A DNA stretch of 64,000 bases from an uncultured cyanobacterium (GCA_963740315.1 CAVUDP010000002.1:2304001-2368000), one strand, 5' to 3'. Counted from the stretch's first letter, positions 28,234 through 38,379 are shown. Numbers and translations: made by a program. The notes: generated by a model not told the origin, from the sequence alone.

Positions 28234-28800
28234 TTACCGTAAATAAAACCGAAAATATCCAAACAAATAAACCACATTCACCGATATCATTAAACCTCTA
28301 ACCCAATAAGAACGAAATGCTGGAAATAAATAAATCGTTGAAGCTAAAACTAGGGAGATTTCCACAAAAGCCACTATTGCCCCATAATGGTTAACATCCC
28401 AATAAGAAAAAGGGCTAATAAAACGGTAATTGCTAAAAGGAAAAAAGTGACGGTGAGCGTCATCGTTGTGAACTGGTAAATCCAACAAAGAATGCATCAC
28501 CATACTAATAAACCCAATTTCAACAACCTTCCATTTTGCAAAATGACAAATTAAAACCCCTATCAAAGCTAGGGGTATCGAGTGAAATATGCTCACAATA
28601 TTTTGCCAAAAAGGTTGAAAATATATTTCACCCCAAATTTGACTGCTCGGATAACGGTAAACAAATTTCATTAAAAAGTAAAATATAAAAATTGGTATAT
28701 CTGGTAAAACCGCACCAATAAAAATTGCCAAACTAGCTTTAGCTCTGAGTTTTTCACTGAAAGCAACTAAATTGAGAATCGCGTGAGATGGAGTATTCAT
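28234..28800 (-). CDS. Membrane-bound metal-dependent hydrolase-like protein
   Basis: MNTPSH, GAVLPD, FHS, HSLLDLPVHNDDAH motifs and TM helices. Confidence 0.75.
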   Translation of the reverse strand: MNTPSHAILNLVAFSEKLRAKASLAIFIGAVLPDIPIFIFYFLMKFVYRYPSSQIWGEIYFQPFWQNIVSIFHSIPLALIGVLICHFAKWKVVEIGFISMVMHSLLDLPVHNDDAHRHFFPFSNYRFISPFSYWDVNHYGAIVAFVEISLVLASTIYLFPAFRSYWVRGLMISVNVVYLFGYFRFYLR

Positions 28801-29341
28801 TATTTAATTTGGGAATGGGGCATCAGGAATAAATAGTTAAGGGTGAGGAGTTAGGAGTTAGGAGTGAAGAAAGCAGAGCAAGCGGAGGAAGCAATTTAAA
28901 ATTAGTTTTTTCTTTCCCTGCCTTAAGAGCCTACTCTGCTCTTTTCTTCTCCCCATCTCCCCATCTCCCCCTCTCCCCTTTCTCCTTTCTCTTTCCTGTC
29001 TCCCTCAATATAGCCTTTAACGCTAAAGCGCTACTACGAACCTTTTTTCTAATAGATTATGGGTTCAATAAAAGTTGGTTTGTTGAAAGAAAGTTACCAA
29101 AAATATCTAATTAGTACAATAAATTAGCTATTACCCATAACCCAACAAGTGATGAAAAAGCACCCAGCCAAAGCATCCAAGGTTGCATAGATATTTATCT
29201 CCTTAAATTTGTATATATTAGTTATCTAAATATATTTTAAAAGGTTCACTTATCTAATTAGCTCTATCTTTAGGTCAGAACAAGCGTACCAATTGATATA
29301 TAGCTATAGATATATTTTTATTAAAATTCCCAGCATAGCTT

Positions 29342-29415
29342 GTAGGGTGTGTTATGGCGCGATATTTAATTCAGATTGTAACAAAATATATGTTTTTCGT
29401 ACCTAACGCACCGTT
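29342..29415. repeat. Diverged long-loop GTAG REP
   Basis: GTAGGGTGTGTTA...TAACGCACC with AT-rich loop, same layout as half of the 6418 element. Confidence 0.55.
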
Positions 29416-29478
29416 GTATTTTTAGTACGCGATCGCAGCATAGTTTTAGAAACGATCGCAAAGGCATATAAGATAAAC

Positions 29479-29793
29479 TTCTTGCATCGTGTGGTTAATG
29501 GTGGTGGAACCCTCGATAGCGAATATGCAATTGGTCGCGATCGCATGGATTTATGTTTAAGATATGGAAGCGTTGTTTTAGGAATAGAATTAAAAGTATG
29601 GCGTGATAAAAAACGCGATCCCCAAGCCGAAGGAATCGAGCAATTAGAATCCTATTTGGCACGCTTGGGATTAAATGAAGGTTGGTTATTTGTGTTCGAT
29701 CGACGTAAAAATGCAGCACCAATTGAAGAACGTTTATCAACGGAAATTGTTACTACAGAAAATCAGCGTTTTGTTACTGTTGTAAGGGCTTAA
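29479..29793 (+). pseudogene. C-terminal fragment of an AAA-ATPase/PD-(D/E)XK nuclease-type protein
   Basis: FLHRVVNGGG..EYAIGRDRMDL..GIELKVWR..QLESYL; no upstream coding portion or convincing start. Confidence 0.7.
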
Positions 29794-30050
29794 AGGTAAA
29801 AGGGTTTTGTCCAATTCCCAACAGATAAGCATCGACTACACAGACAAACTTAGAGTTTTAATTGGCTTGCAAATTTGCAAAGGGTAATGTTGGGAAGATT
29901 ACAATATATTTGCCTAATCAAGTAAATACATAAAATCTTTAAGTTGCTCCTACACAATGGTTTATAACTTTTATAGCAAGTCTAAGGAACTTATAATACA
30001 TAATTATTATCAGTCTATTTAGTTACTTTAAACTTTCCGTTATATTACTT

Positions 30051-30761
30051 ATGCCTAAGAAGCCTGTTGTCATTGGAGAATTATTATTTAGTACAAAGAA
30101 AGAAGCAACCTCGTATTTTACTAAAATTTTGAACAAATATCCTTTGGCTACTGCTATACATGGAAAAGAGTTTGATGATGTAATAGCACTTCTTTTATGT
30201 CATCCGCGAGCAAGTGAGAAAATAGGTTCGGGAATCAAATCTATAAAAGTTGACCAAGGTTTCAACCGTTCAAATAGATGTTTTCATGTAGTGCGAGTAG
30301 ATGATTCTGTGGAAGATTTTAGTATTGCCAAGTGTATTGATGGAGATCATTCTCCATTTTACAAATTTTGTATTGCTTGTCGAAAGTCTGTAGAAACAGA
30401 GTTGAGAGCGAGAAAAGAAAAGTACTTTAAAGAGGAAGGTGACAAAGAAAGTAAGGTAGTTTGTCCTATTACTAAAGAGAAGATTACGTTTGAGGAGTCT
30501 CATCTCGATCACCGAGAGCCATTCACATTTTCAGTGATTGTCCACTTCTTCATTCAAGCAAATGGCATCGATCTAAATAGCGTTGAGTACGTTACAGAGT
30601 GCAAATATGGCAATGAATTAAAAAATCATGAAATAGCTGACAAGTTTCGGGATTGGCATCGTGAAAATGCAATACTGAGAATCGTCAAAGGTAAGGCAAA
30701 TTTAGCAAAATCATACTTAGGGCGTGTTTCAATTACAAAAGCAGATTTGACGCTAAATTAA
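30051..30761 (+). CDS. DCL/DUF3223-domain protein with C-terminal HNH-like domain
   Basis: N-terminal LLLCHPRASEKIGSGI..RCFHVVRVDDSVEDFSIAKC; C-terminal CPIT..HLDH..WHRENAILRIV..NL. Confidence 0.75.
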   Translation: MPKKPVVIGELLFSTKKEATSYFTKILNKYPLATAIHGKEFDDVIALLLCHPRASEKIGSGIKSIKVDQGFNRSNRCFHVVRVDDSVEDFSIAKCIDGDHSPFYKFCIACRKSVETELRARKEKYFKEEGDKESKVVCPITKEKITFEESHLDHREPFTFSVIVHFFIQANGIDLNSVEYVTECKYGNELKNHEIADKFRDWHRENAILRIVKGKANLAKSYLGRVSITKADLTLN

Positions 30762-30772
30762 GTTAGCAGTTA

Positions 30773-30933
30773 GTAGGTTGGGTTAGACACGACAACCAAT
30801 TTGACTTTTAACTATAATCTTTTTTATTGTGTCGCAACCCAACATTTTATTTGTTTGTTGATTTGGGTTACGGCGCTATATAAATTTCAGTACTGAGAAT
30901 TATTATTACAAATGCGCCGTGAAGCCAACCTAC
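30773..30933. mobile_element. Long-loop REP doublet, copy 3
   Basis: GTAGGTTGGGTTAGACAC...GTGTCGCAACCCAAC...TTGGGTTACGGCGC...GCGCCGTGAAGCCAACCTAC. Confidence 0.8.
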
Positions 30934-31016
30934 TGTCTGATAATTAATAATTGATAATTAATTTACACCCGCACCTCACTACGAGTGATAATTGAACATT
31001 GATAATTAATAACTGA

Positions 31017-32489
31017 ATGCCTACTCTAACAACCCTACCTGCTTTACCAGAAACTATTGACGGTTTACCAAATATTTCTGGTAGTGAAAAACAGGTTCTA
31101 GAAGTCGTAAACCAAAATTCACCCGTTTTCCTACCTACAACGAATCTCCGCTTGCAAGATATCACTGCTACTTTCGCTGTAGCGCTACACATGCACCAAC
31201 CGACAATTCCCGCTGGTGCAAATGGCGAATATATCAGTCATCTGCAATATATGTTTGAACACCAAGGTGAAGGTGACAATCATAATGCGGGACCTTTTGC
31301 TAATTGTTATAGCCGCATGGGTGATATTATTCCCGAATTAGTAAATCAAGGTTGCAATCCTCGCGTGATGTTGGATTACTCCGGGAATCTTCTATGGGGA
31401 TTTCAACAGATGGGGCGCACAGATATCTTAGATAATCTCAAACGCATCACCTGCGATTCTACATATCAACCTTATGTGGAGTGGTTGGGTACGATGTGGG
31501 GTCATGCTGTGGTTCCTTCTACGCCGATACCGGATATAAAATTACACATCCAGGCATGGCAGCATTATTTTGCTGCAATTTTCGGTTGGGATGCACTAGC
31601 GCGAGTCAAAGGTTTTTCACCTCCGGAAATGCACCTCCCTAACCATCCCGATACTTTATATGAATATGTCAAAGCTTTGAAAGAATGCGGTTATCGTTGG
31701 TTAATGGTGCAAGAGCATTCAGTACAAACACTTAACGGTGAAGAATTAAAGAATAAACATACACCACATAAACTTGTAGCGCGAAATTCTCAAGGTGAAA
31801 CCGTAAGTATTACCGCTTTGATTAAAACTCAGGGTTCGGATACTAAATTAGTTGCTCAAATGCAGCCTTATTATGAAGCGAAATCTTTAAGCTCGCAAGG
31901 TAATGAGGGTTTTCCACCGATAGTTACTCAAATCGGTGACGGTGAAAACGGTGGTGTAATGATGAACGAATTTCCCCCCGGATACAAGCAAGCTTGGCAC
32001 GATATGAAGCAAAACGGTGGAGGAACTTCTTGTGTTGTCGGAGTTAACGGAACGGAATATTTAGAATTGATTGAAAATGCTGGTGCTAATCCTGAAGATT
32101 ATCCCGCTTGTCAACCAGTCGGACAACATTTAATTTGGGAACGAGTATCGGATTCCCAGAGTGTGGAACAAGTTATCGAGCAATTAAAACAAGAAAATTC
32201 CAACTTTCATATGGATGGTGCTTCTTGGACAAATAGTATCAGTTGGGTTAAAGGATATGAAAATGTATTAAATCCGATGAATCAACTTAGTAGTTTGTTT
32301 CACCAGAAATTTGATTCATTATTGCAAGCGGATGAATCTCTTACCCAACAAACCGAATACCGCAAGGCTTTATTACATAATTTCCTGTTGCAAACAAGTT
32401 GTTTTCGCTATTGGGGACAAGGTACCTGGACTGATTATGCAAGAGAAATTTACCAACGTGGGGAAAAAACAGTGAGCAGTAACCAGTGA
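31017..32489 (+). CDS. Glycoside hydrolase family 57-like protein
   Basis: ALHMHQP, DYSGNLL, GFSPPEM, IGDGENG, QTSCFRYWG conserved regions. Confidence 0.85.
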   Translation: MPTLTTLPALPETIDGLPNISGSEKQVLEVVNQNSPVFLPTTNLRLQDITATFAVALHMHQPTIPAGANGEYISHLQYMFEHQGEGDNHNAGPFANCYSRMGDIIPELVNQGCNPRVMLDYSGNLLWGFQQMGRTDILDNLKRITCDSTYQPYVEWLGTMWGHAVVPSTPIPDIKLHIQAWQHYFAAIFGWDALARVKGFSPPEMHLPNHPDTLYEYVKALKECGYRWLMVQEHSVQTLNGEELKNKHTPHKLVARNSQGETVSITALIKTQGSDTKLVAQMQPYYEAKSLSSQGNEGFPPIVTQIGDGENGGVMMNEFPPGYKQAWHDMKQNGGGTSCVVGVNGTEYLELIENAGANPEDYPACQPVGQHLIWERVSDSQSVEQVIEQLKQENSNFHMDGASWTNSISWVKGYENVLNPMNQLSSLFHQKFDSLLQADESLTQQTEYRKALLHNFLLQTSCFRYWGQGTWTDYAREIYQRGEKTVSSNQ

Positions 32490-32521
32490 GCAGTAACCAG
32501 TAACCAGTAACCAGTTAACTA

Positions 32522-32592
32522 GTAGGTTGGGTTAGGCGCGTGAAGGAAATAGGTTTCAGCGAAAAATTAATCGCGATCGCCGTAACCCAACA
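32522..32592. repeat. Single long-loop REP (half element)
   Basis: GTAGGTTGGGTTAGGCG...CGCCGTAACCCAAC. Confidence 0.75.
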
Positions 32593-32631
32593 TTTAATCG
32601 TCGGTACTATACTATTGCAGCACGTGTCGGG

Positions 32632-32688
32632 GTAGTGCGAGCATCTTGCTCGCTAGCTGTCACTAAGGAGCGAGACGCGAACACTACA
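32632..32688. repeat. GTAGTGCGAGCATCTTGCTCGC REP doublet
   Basis: Related copies near 21294 and 57483. Confidence 0.7.
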
Positions 32689-32805
32689 AATATCTTACCC
32701 CTCAAATCTTATGTGGTGAAGTAATAGTTCAAACTATCAAAATTCCGATATAAATAAAAAGTAGTAAACTAAAGTTTGAAGTTTGAAGTATTTTAGTAGT
32801 TAAAT

Positions 32806-33150
32806 ATGACTACAGGCTATATTGTATTAGCGATTCTAATGACGGGGGGTACAATCTCCGCTTTAGGCGATAAGCCGGAGGCTTGACGCTCCGCGTATCG
32901 CGTTAAAAGAAAAATCCGCAAGCAACGTCTCTCATTGTTTAATCTCCGTCCCAAACATACGATATCACTGGTAGGAATGCTCACGGGGATGTCAATTTCG
33001 GCATCAACCCTTTTAATTCTGTTTACTGCGGATCGAGATGTGCGACAAGCAGTATTTCAACCAGAAATTCACAGAGAAATTCAAAGCAAATCGGAATTAA
33101 CAACAGTAAATCAGCTTCAAGTAGAAATTAAACAAATTAGTGAAAGTTAG
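32806..33150 (+). pseudogene. DUF3084-like gene interrupted by a 27-bp insertion containing an in-frame TGA
   Basis: MTTGYIVLAILMTGGTISALGD[KPEA*RSAY]RVKRKIRKQRLSLFNLRPKHT...; removing the insert restores GD-R and a HIP1 site. Confidence 0.75.
32872..32898. mobile_element. Very small double-hairpin element inserted in a HIP1 site (SDR5-like)
   Basis: GCGAT[AAGCCGGAGGCTTGACGCTCCGCGTAT]CGC. Confidence 0.8.
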
Positions 33151-33226
33151 TAATTATCAGTAATTAAAAATGGGGAGTTACGGCATTGTAAGTATTTTTA
33201 ATGCTAAATCCCCAATTACCCAATAA

Positions 33227-34588
33227 TTAAACCAAAGGTAAAAGAATTTCAAATTTAGTGCCTTTATCTGGTTGAGAATCAAAATTTAATCTACCACCAT
33301 GTCTTGCTGTAATAATACGATAACTTACAGCTAAACTAGTTTCCTTATCAGCCCTTTTATTTACAGAAAAAGACTCTTTTATTTGCTGTTGAAATTCCTC
33401 AGACATTCCCGGTCCATTATCTGCAATAGTAATTGATACCCAGCGAGAATCGGGTGTGCCTGGTATGTCTGATTCTTGGGAAATAACTTCTGTAACTACT
33501 TCGATAGTGGGTTTTTTATCAGAGTTGCTTTTCGCTTCTATCTCAAACTGGTATCGAACTGCTTCATCAAGTAAAATATCTACTGCCCTACTTAATATAT
33601 TCATAAAAACTTGATTTAACTGTCCGGCAAAACAATATACAGGAGGCAAATAACCGAATTTTTTAACAATCTTAATCTCACCTTTCAATCGGCTGCCAAT
33701 TAACAATATAGTGCTATCTAAATTAGCGTGTAAATCTACAGGTTTTGGATAAATTGCATCAATATGACAGAAGTTTTGCAATCCAGTAACTAGTTTTTTT
33801 AATCTTTCTGCACCAGTCCGAATACTTGCAAGTGCTTGTGATAAATCTGATTCTAAATAATCGAATTCAATATCTTGCTTCAAATACAACACATCATTTG
33901 GAGTATTTATTGTATTGTTCTCGTAAATTTCGATCAATTTAAGTAAGTCTTTACTGTAATTAGAAACGTGAGTTACATTACCCCAAATAAAGTTTACAGG
34001 ATCTAAAATTTCGTGCGCTACCCCATCAACCAAACGTCCTAAACTAGCCATTTTATCATTTTGAATAATTTGCGCTTGGCTGCGCTCGTACCTTACCTGA
34101 GCTTCGATTCCACGAATTTGCCAAGAAGCAATATTTAACTCTTGCATATCCAACAACCTGTACTTATCGGATGCAGTTTTCACTAATACGGGTTCCGATA
34201 AAAATTCTGGCGATCGCCTTAAGGAAAATTGCATTGCACATAAAATCGATGTAGTCTCCGCTAGCTCTAAAATCGGCGTGCGAGCATAGCTGTACAATTT
34301 ACTCAGCGGTTGATAAAAAAATACATCTCGTCCGAAAGGACGAATCAAAAATTCCAATAATTGCCTTCTCGAAAGCATCCCAGCATATTTACCCTCGTCT
34401 AACAAAATCGCTCCCGGTAGCAAGGGATATTTTTCAAAAACTTCGGCTACTTCTTTACCAGTAAATTTCATCTCCACTGAAAACTCGTAAAGCGGCAACT
34501 CCAAAAGCTTCGATTCCAAACCGAGGTCGCCATTGCTACCCTCAATTAATAATGGCGATGAAATTTGCGAACTAAATTCCTGTGACAC
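33227..34588 (-). CDS. Cytoplasmic histidine kinase-like protein (CBS-like N-terminus, HisKA, atypical HATPase)
   Basis: KMASLGRLVDGVAHEILDP H-box; DNGPGM G1 box; probable GTG start at 34588. Confidence 0.85.
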   Translation of the reverse strand: MSQEFSSQISSPLLIEGSNGDLGLESKLLELPLYEFSVEMKFTGKEVAEVFEKYPLLPGAILLDEGKYAGMLSRRQLLEFLIRPFGRDVFFYQPLSKLYSYARTPILELAETTSILCAMQFSLRRSPEFLSEPVLVKTASDKYRLLDMQELNIASWQIRGIEAQVRYERSQAQIIQNDKMASLGRLVDGVAHEILDPVNFIWGNVTHVSNYSKDLLKLIEIYENNTINTPNDVLYLKQDIEFDYLESDLSQALASIRTGAERLKKLVTGLQNFCHIDAIYPKPVDLHANLDSTILLIGSRLKGEIKIVKKFGYLPPVYCFAGQLNQVFMNILSRAVDILLDEAVRYQFEIEAKSNSDKKPTIEVVTEVISQESDIPGTPDSRWVSITIADNGPGMSEEFQQQIKESFSVNKRADKETSLAVSYRIITARHGGRLNFDSQPDKGTKFEILLPLV

Positions 34589-34782
34589 TGCAAACCCTGT
34601 TCCTAAAATATAGATACTAAACAAGCGGCTCTAGCTAATTAATTAGCATTCTCATCCGTTTTAACATCTCTTCTCAACGAACAATAAAAATAAATCCCAT
34701 TATACGTATCTTTTCGGTATGAACGCATAGCATCTCAACCTCTAAGATATGATCGTTGATAACTGATAATTAATAATTGATT

Positions 34783-35244
34783 ATGCTATCTAGTCCTCAA
34801 TCTTTAAATAGCGCTATATCTCCAGGAAGTCTGCGTCGAGTGCATCACATTGCTCTTAACGTCCAAGATATGCAGGCTTCTCGGCATTTTTATGGAAATA
34901 TCTTGGGTTTGCACGAACTGACAGGTGATGAAGTACCCACAACTTTAGTTGATTTAGTTAAAGCGGGAAAAGTCGCCAACTTTACGACCCCCGATGGTAC
35001 CATATTAGATTTATTTTGGGAACCGGAATTATCACCACCAGATCCAAATCCCGAACTTGGTTTTACACGCGCCAATCATCTGGCATTTGATATTGCTCCT
35101 GAATTATTTGATAATGCAGTCGTTGTACTCAGACAGCATCAAATAAAAATTGCTCAAGAACCCGTTACCCGTCCCACCGGAAGAGGAGTATACTTTTACG
35201 ATCCAGATGGGTTTATTGTTGAGATTCGCTGCAATCCGGAGTAA
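34783..35244 (+). CDS. VOC/glyoxalase family protein
   Basis: VHHIALNV..FY..LG, NHLAF, YFYDPDGFIVEI. Confidence 0.92.
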   Translation: MLSSPQSLNSAISPGSLRRVHHIALNVQDMQASRHFYGNILGLHELTGDEVPTTLVDLVKAGKVANFTTPDGTILDLFWEPELSPPDPNPELGFTRANHLAFDIAPELFDNAVVVLRQHQIKIAQEPVTRPTGRGVYFYDPDGFIVEIRCNPE

Positions 35245-35245
35245 G

Positions 35246-35455
35246 TGATGGGGAGAGGGGGAGAGGGCGAGATGGGGAGTACTTCGACAAGTCTTACAGT
35301 GAGCTACGTCGAACTGCTCAGTAACCTTTGGGGGGATGGGGAGACAAGGGGACAAGAAGAAAGACTAATCAATTCTTAACTCCTAACTCCGGTGGTCCTA
35401 ACTATTCTTTATCAACTAACCACTAACCACTAACAACTATCAATTAACAACTAAC
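35246..35455. repeat. Composite STRR array with embedded hairpin element
   Basis: G-rich octamers, TTCGAC..GTCGAA core, CTCCTAA and CTAACCA/CTAACAA heptamers. Confidence 0.85.
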
Positions 35456-35465
35456 TCTTAAAAGA

Positions 35466-35741
35466 ATGTCCCAAATATATCAAACTGTAGAAGAAGCGTT
35501 TAAAAGACCGATGGTTTCCTACGATCCATCAAGACAATCACTGAAAGCTTGGGTGATGTTTTGTTTGCGAGATAAAGGTTTCAAGGTAGTTTACGCTCAA
35601 AATGCAGACTTTGCAATTGAAAGAAAAGGCGAAAAATTTTATTTCAAAGTTTCAGATACAGCCGAAAATTTAGACAAAGAATTTAACTGGGTTGTTTGGG
35701 ATAGTAACGCGAAAACTGCGATCGCTATTCCTGCTGAGTGA
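35466..35741 (+). CDS. Hypothetical small protein
   Basis: 91-aa ORF with normal composition; ADFAIE..FKV may indicate a restriction-endonuclease-like fold (inference). Confidence 0.7.
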   Translation: MSQIYQTVEEAFKRPMVSYDPSRQSLKAWVMFCLRDKGFKVVYAQNADFAIERKGEKFYFKVSDTAENLDKEFNWVVWDSNAKTAIAIPAE

Positions 35742-35925
35742 TGGGGGAGATGGGGGGGATGGGGAGATGGGGAGATGGGGGGATGGGGAGACAAGGAGAC
35801 AAGGAGACAAGGAGAAATAATTCCTAACTCCTCACTACTCACTCCTCATTCCTAACTATTCCCAATTACCAATTCCACAACTAACAACTAACAACTAACA
35901 ACTAACAACTAACAACTAACCACTA
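35738..35925. repeat. Composite STRR array between convergent genes
   Basis: (GGGGAGAT)n, (GGAGACAA)n, (CTAACAA)n. Confidence 0.9.
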
Positions 35926-36680
35926 ACTCCTTTTTCAAATATCATCAAATGCTGCTGGGGAAGCAGTTCTTTAGTTTCTTTCCAAGTTAATCCTACGGCT
36001 TTCATTTCTTTTTTGACTTGTTTTTGAGTCATTTTATGCAAGCGTTTGATGGCAAGAAAAGGATTTTCACCGCGATATTCTACCAGTACTGCTTTACCTC
36101 CTGGCTTCAATGACTTTACTACTCCTTCCATCACTTCCTTGGGATATTCAAACTCGTGATAAGCATCCACCATTAATGCTAGATCGACGCTTTCGGGTGG
36201 TAAATTCGGGTTAGTAACTGTTGCTAAAACAGGCTCTACGTTATTAATTTTGGTTCGTTTTTTGTAAAAATTGATAATATCCAACATTTCCGGCTGAATA
36301 TCAACAGCAAACACCTTTCCATCCGATACTTTAGGAGCGATGCGAAAACTCATGTAGCCAGTACCAGCACCGATATCCGCCACAACATCGGTATCTTTTA
36401 AATCAAGAGCTAAGATTATTTTACTAGGTTGTTCTTGAGATTCACGGGTAGGTCTTTCCAACCACATTGCACCCTTATGTCCCATAACTTGAGAAATTTC
36501 TCTACCCATGTAAACTTTACCAATACCATCCGAACTAGCGGATTTATGTTGGTAAACGTCAGTAGATGTATTAGCGATCGCCGTATTAACAGGATAAAAC
36601 AGCAACCCCACCAACATCACTAAAATAATCCCAGCAGAACGTAAAAAATTCAAAAAATCTAGTCTATTATTATGGTTCAT
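35916..36680 (-). CDS. Class I SAM methyltransferase with N-terminal signal/TM segment
   Basis: VADIGAGTG, AVDIQ, VDAYHEF; start moved to 36680 because the upstream extension is STRR-derived. Confidence 0.88.
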   Translation of the reverse strand: MNHNNRLDFLNFLRSAGIILVMLVGLLFYPVNTAIANTSTDVYQHKSASSDGIGKVYMGREISQVMGHKGAMWLERPTRESQEQPSKIILALDLKDTDVVADIGAGTGYMSFRIAPKVSDGKVFAVDIQPEMLDIINFYKKRTKINNVEPVLATVTNPNLPPESVDLALMVDAYHEFEYPKEVMEGVVKSLKPGGKAVLVEYRGENPFLAIKRLHKMTQKQVKKEMKAVGLTWKETKELLPQQHLMIFEKGVSG

Positions 36681-36810
36681 TTTATTAAAAAGAGGAATTG
36701 GGAATTGGGAGATGGGGAGAGGGGGAGATGGGGAGAGGGGGAGATGGGGAGACAAGGAGAAATAATTCCTAACTCCTAACTCCTAACTGCTCACTGTTCA
36801 CTGCTCACTG

Positions 36811-38379
36811 CTAACTGATTACAAACGGTTCAATCTCAGGATAATTCCATTGCTGCCCAACTCGTTCGGCTACAAATGGTTTGACAACAAACTTAACAGG
36901 ATTACCCGCTTTTACATCAATTCGTATCCCGGAATAAGGAGAGCGTTCTAATGAGTCGTAACCTTTGCGACCTACAAAAAGTAAAGAATCAGCAACTTTA
37001 CGGTTAGGGCTACCGGCAATATAATCAAAATTTTCCATCAATTCTGAACCCATATCCCTCTGACGACGGGGATAATGACCGCTGCCTCCGCTAACGATAC
37101 AGTTAATGTGCGAGTCTGCATGTCCGGTGTCGGTGGTGCAAAGATGCTCTAAGCAGTGGGCGTGCCCGTTTAAAATTAAATCTACAATTGGACGTTTATC
37201 TCTTAAATTACCGATGGTTTGAGCAACTTCATCAAATACCCACCGCAGACGACGACGAATAGCTAAGGTTTGTGCTTGATGCCACTTGCTTGCTTCAGTA
37301 ACGTAGGGAGGATGATGAAAATAAACGATGCGAGCGCGAACTTCCGAACTATTCCACGATTCAATTAACCTTTGCTTGAACCATTCAAGTTGTTCAAAAT
37401 CAACTTGGGGAGAATGCGATACGAGTTGTTTTTCTATATCAATTTTGACTTCGTTGATTTGATTTAATATTGCTTCGAGCGTATCGCTTTTTGCGGCATC
37501 TTTAGGATTATCCAAGTTTAAGCGATCGTATTCTTCTAAAATCTGCTGTTCTTCAACATCTATCTCATCGCGACGCTGAATTAAAGCTTTTCTGCGAATA
37601 TCTCCTTGTGGTGTTTCCGGTATCGGCGAAGGTTCGTTAATAGTATTTGAATCAAGTGCAAAAAAGTCAATACCGCCGTAACGAAACGTATAATAACGGT
37701 TTGGTAAACGGGTGAAATGTCCCGGCTCGTAACGCAAACAGCGCCCATTGTCGGTTTTTGCGGTGTAATGTTCGTCTAAATGAGACTCTAATTGTTGAGA
37801 ATTAAATCGCGTTAAATAATCTAAAAATGCCTTTGCATAAGCATCACCTTGTTCGGAACCATGCCAGCCAATTTCAAAATCTTTGTAGCGTAATAAACGG
37901 CGTAACTGTAACGTGGGACCTGTTAGAACTCGATACAGCAAAGGTACATCGTAATAATCGTGATTCCCCAAAGTCGTCAGAATCGGAGTATCAAACACCA
38001 TATTGTCATAAGCAATATTTTGGGGATTTTCTCCACCCCGTAAAAACTCGCGATAAGGTTCGATAAAATTTGATGGGTAATATTCGCGAGAACCCACAGT
38101 ATAAATTACATCACCAGTGTGCAAAACAAAATTGCACTCATGGCGGTGCTGAAGCATTAACTTAGCAACTTCTCGCTGGGGATGATATCCATCTTGGCAG
38201 GTTGTACCAGTATCACCGATAACCATAAAAGAGAATTCTTCACTATCCTCCTTACCGTCATCGAGAACCATACTAGTTTGATCGATTCCCCGCTGCATAA
38301 TGCTTTCATGCTGCCATCGTACCCGTTGCTTCATTTTCTCGATTTTTACGGGAATCGCTGGTTCCAATATCAAATCCAT
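36811..38379 (-). CDS. Calcineurin-like metallophosphoesterase
   Basis: IGDTG, HTGDVIY, LGNHDY, FHHPPY, NGHAH; helical insertion in the middle. Confidence 0.9.
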   Translation of the reverse strand: MDLILEPAIPVKIEKMKQRVRWQHESIMQRGIDQTSMVLDDGKEDSEEFSFMVIGDTGTTCQDGYHPQREVAKLMLQHRHECNFVLHTGDVIYTVGSREYYPSNFIEPYREFLRGGENPQNIAYDNMVFDTPILTTLGNHDYYDVPLLYRVLTGPTLQLRRLLRYKDFEIGWHGSEQGDAYAKAFLDYLTRFNSQQLESHLDEHYTAKTDNGRCLRYEPGHFTRLPNRYYTFRYGGIDFFALDSNTINEPSPIPETPQGDIRRKALIQRRDEIDVEEQQILEEYDRLNLDNPKDAAKSDTLEAILNQINEVKIDIEKQLVSHSPQVDFEQLEWFKQRLIESWNSSEVRARIVYFHHPPYVTEASKWHQAQTLAIRRRLRWVFDEVAQTIGNLRDKRPIVDLILNGHAHCLEHLCTTDTGHADSHINCIVSGGSGHYPRRQRDMGSELMENFDYIAGSPNRKVADSLLFVGRKGYDSLERSPYSGIRIDVKAGNPVKFVVKPFVAERVGQQWNYPEIEPFVIS

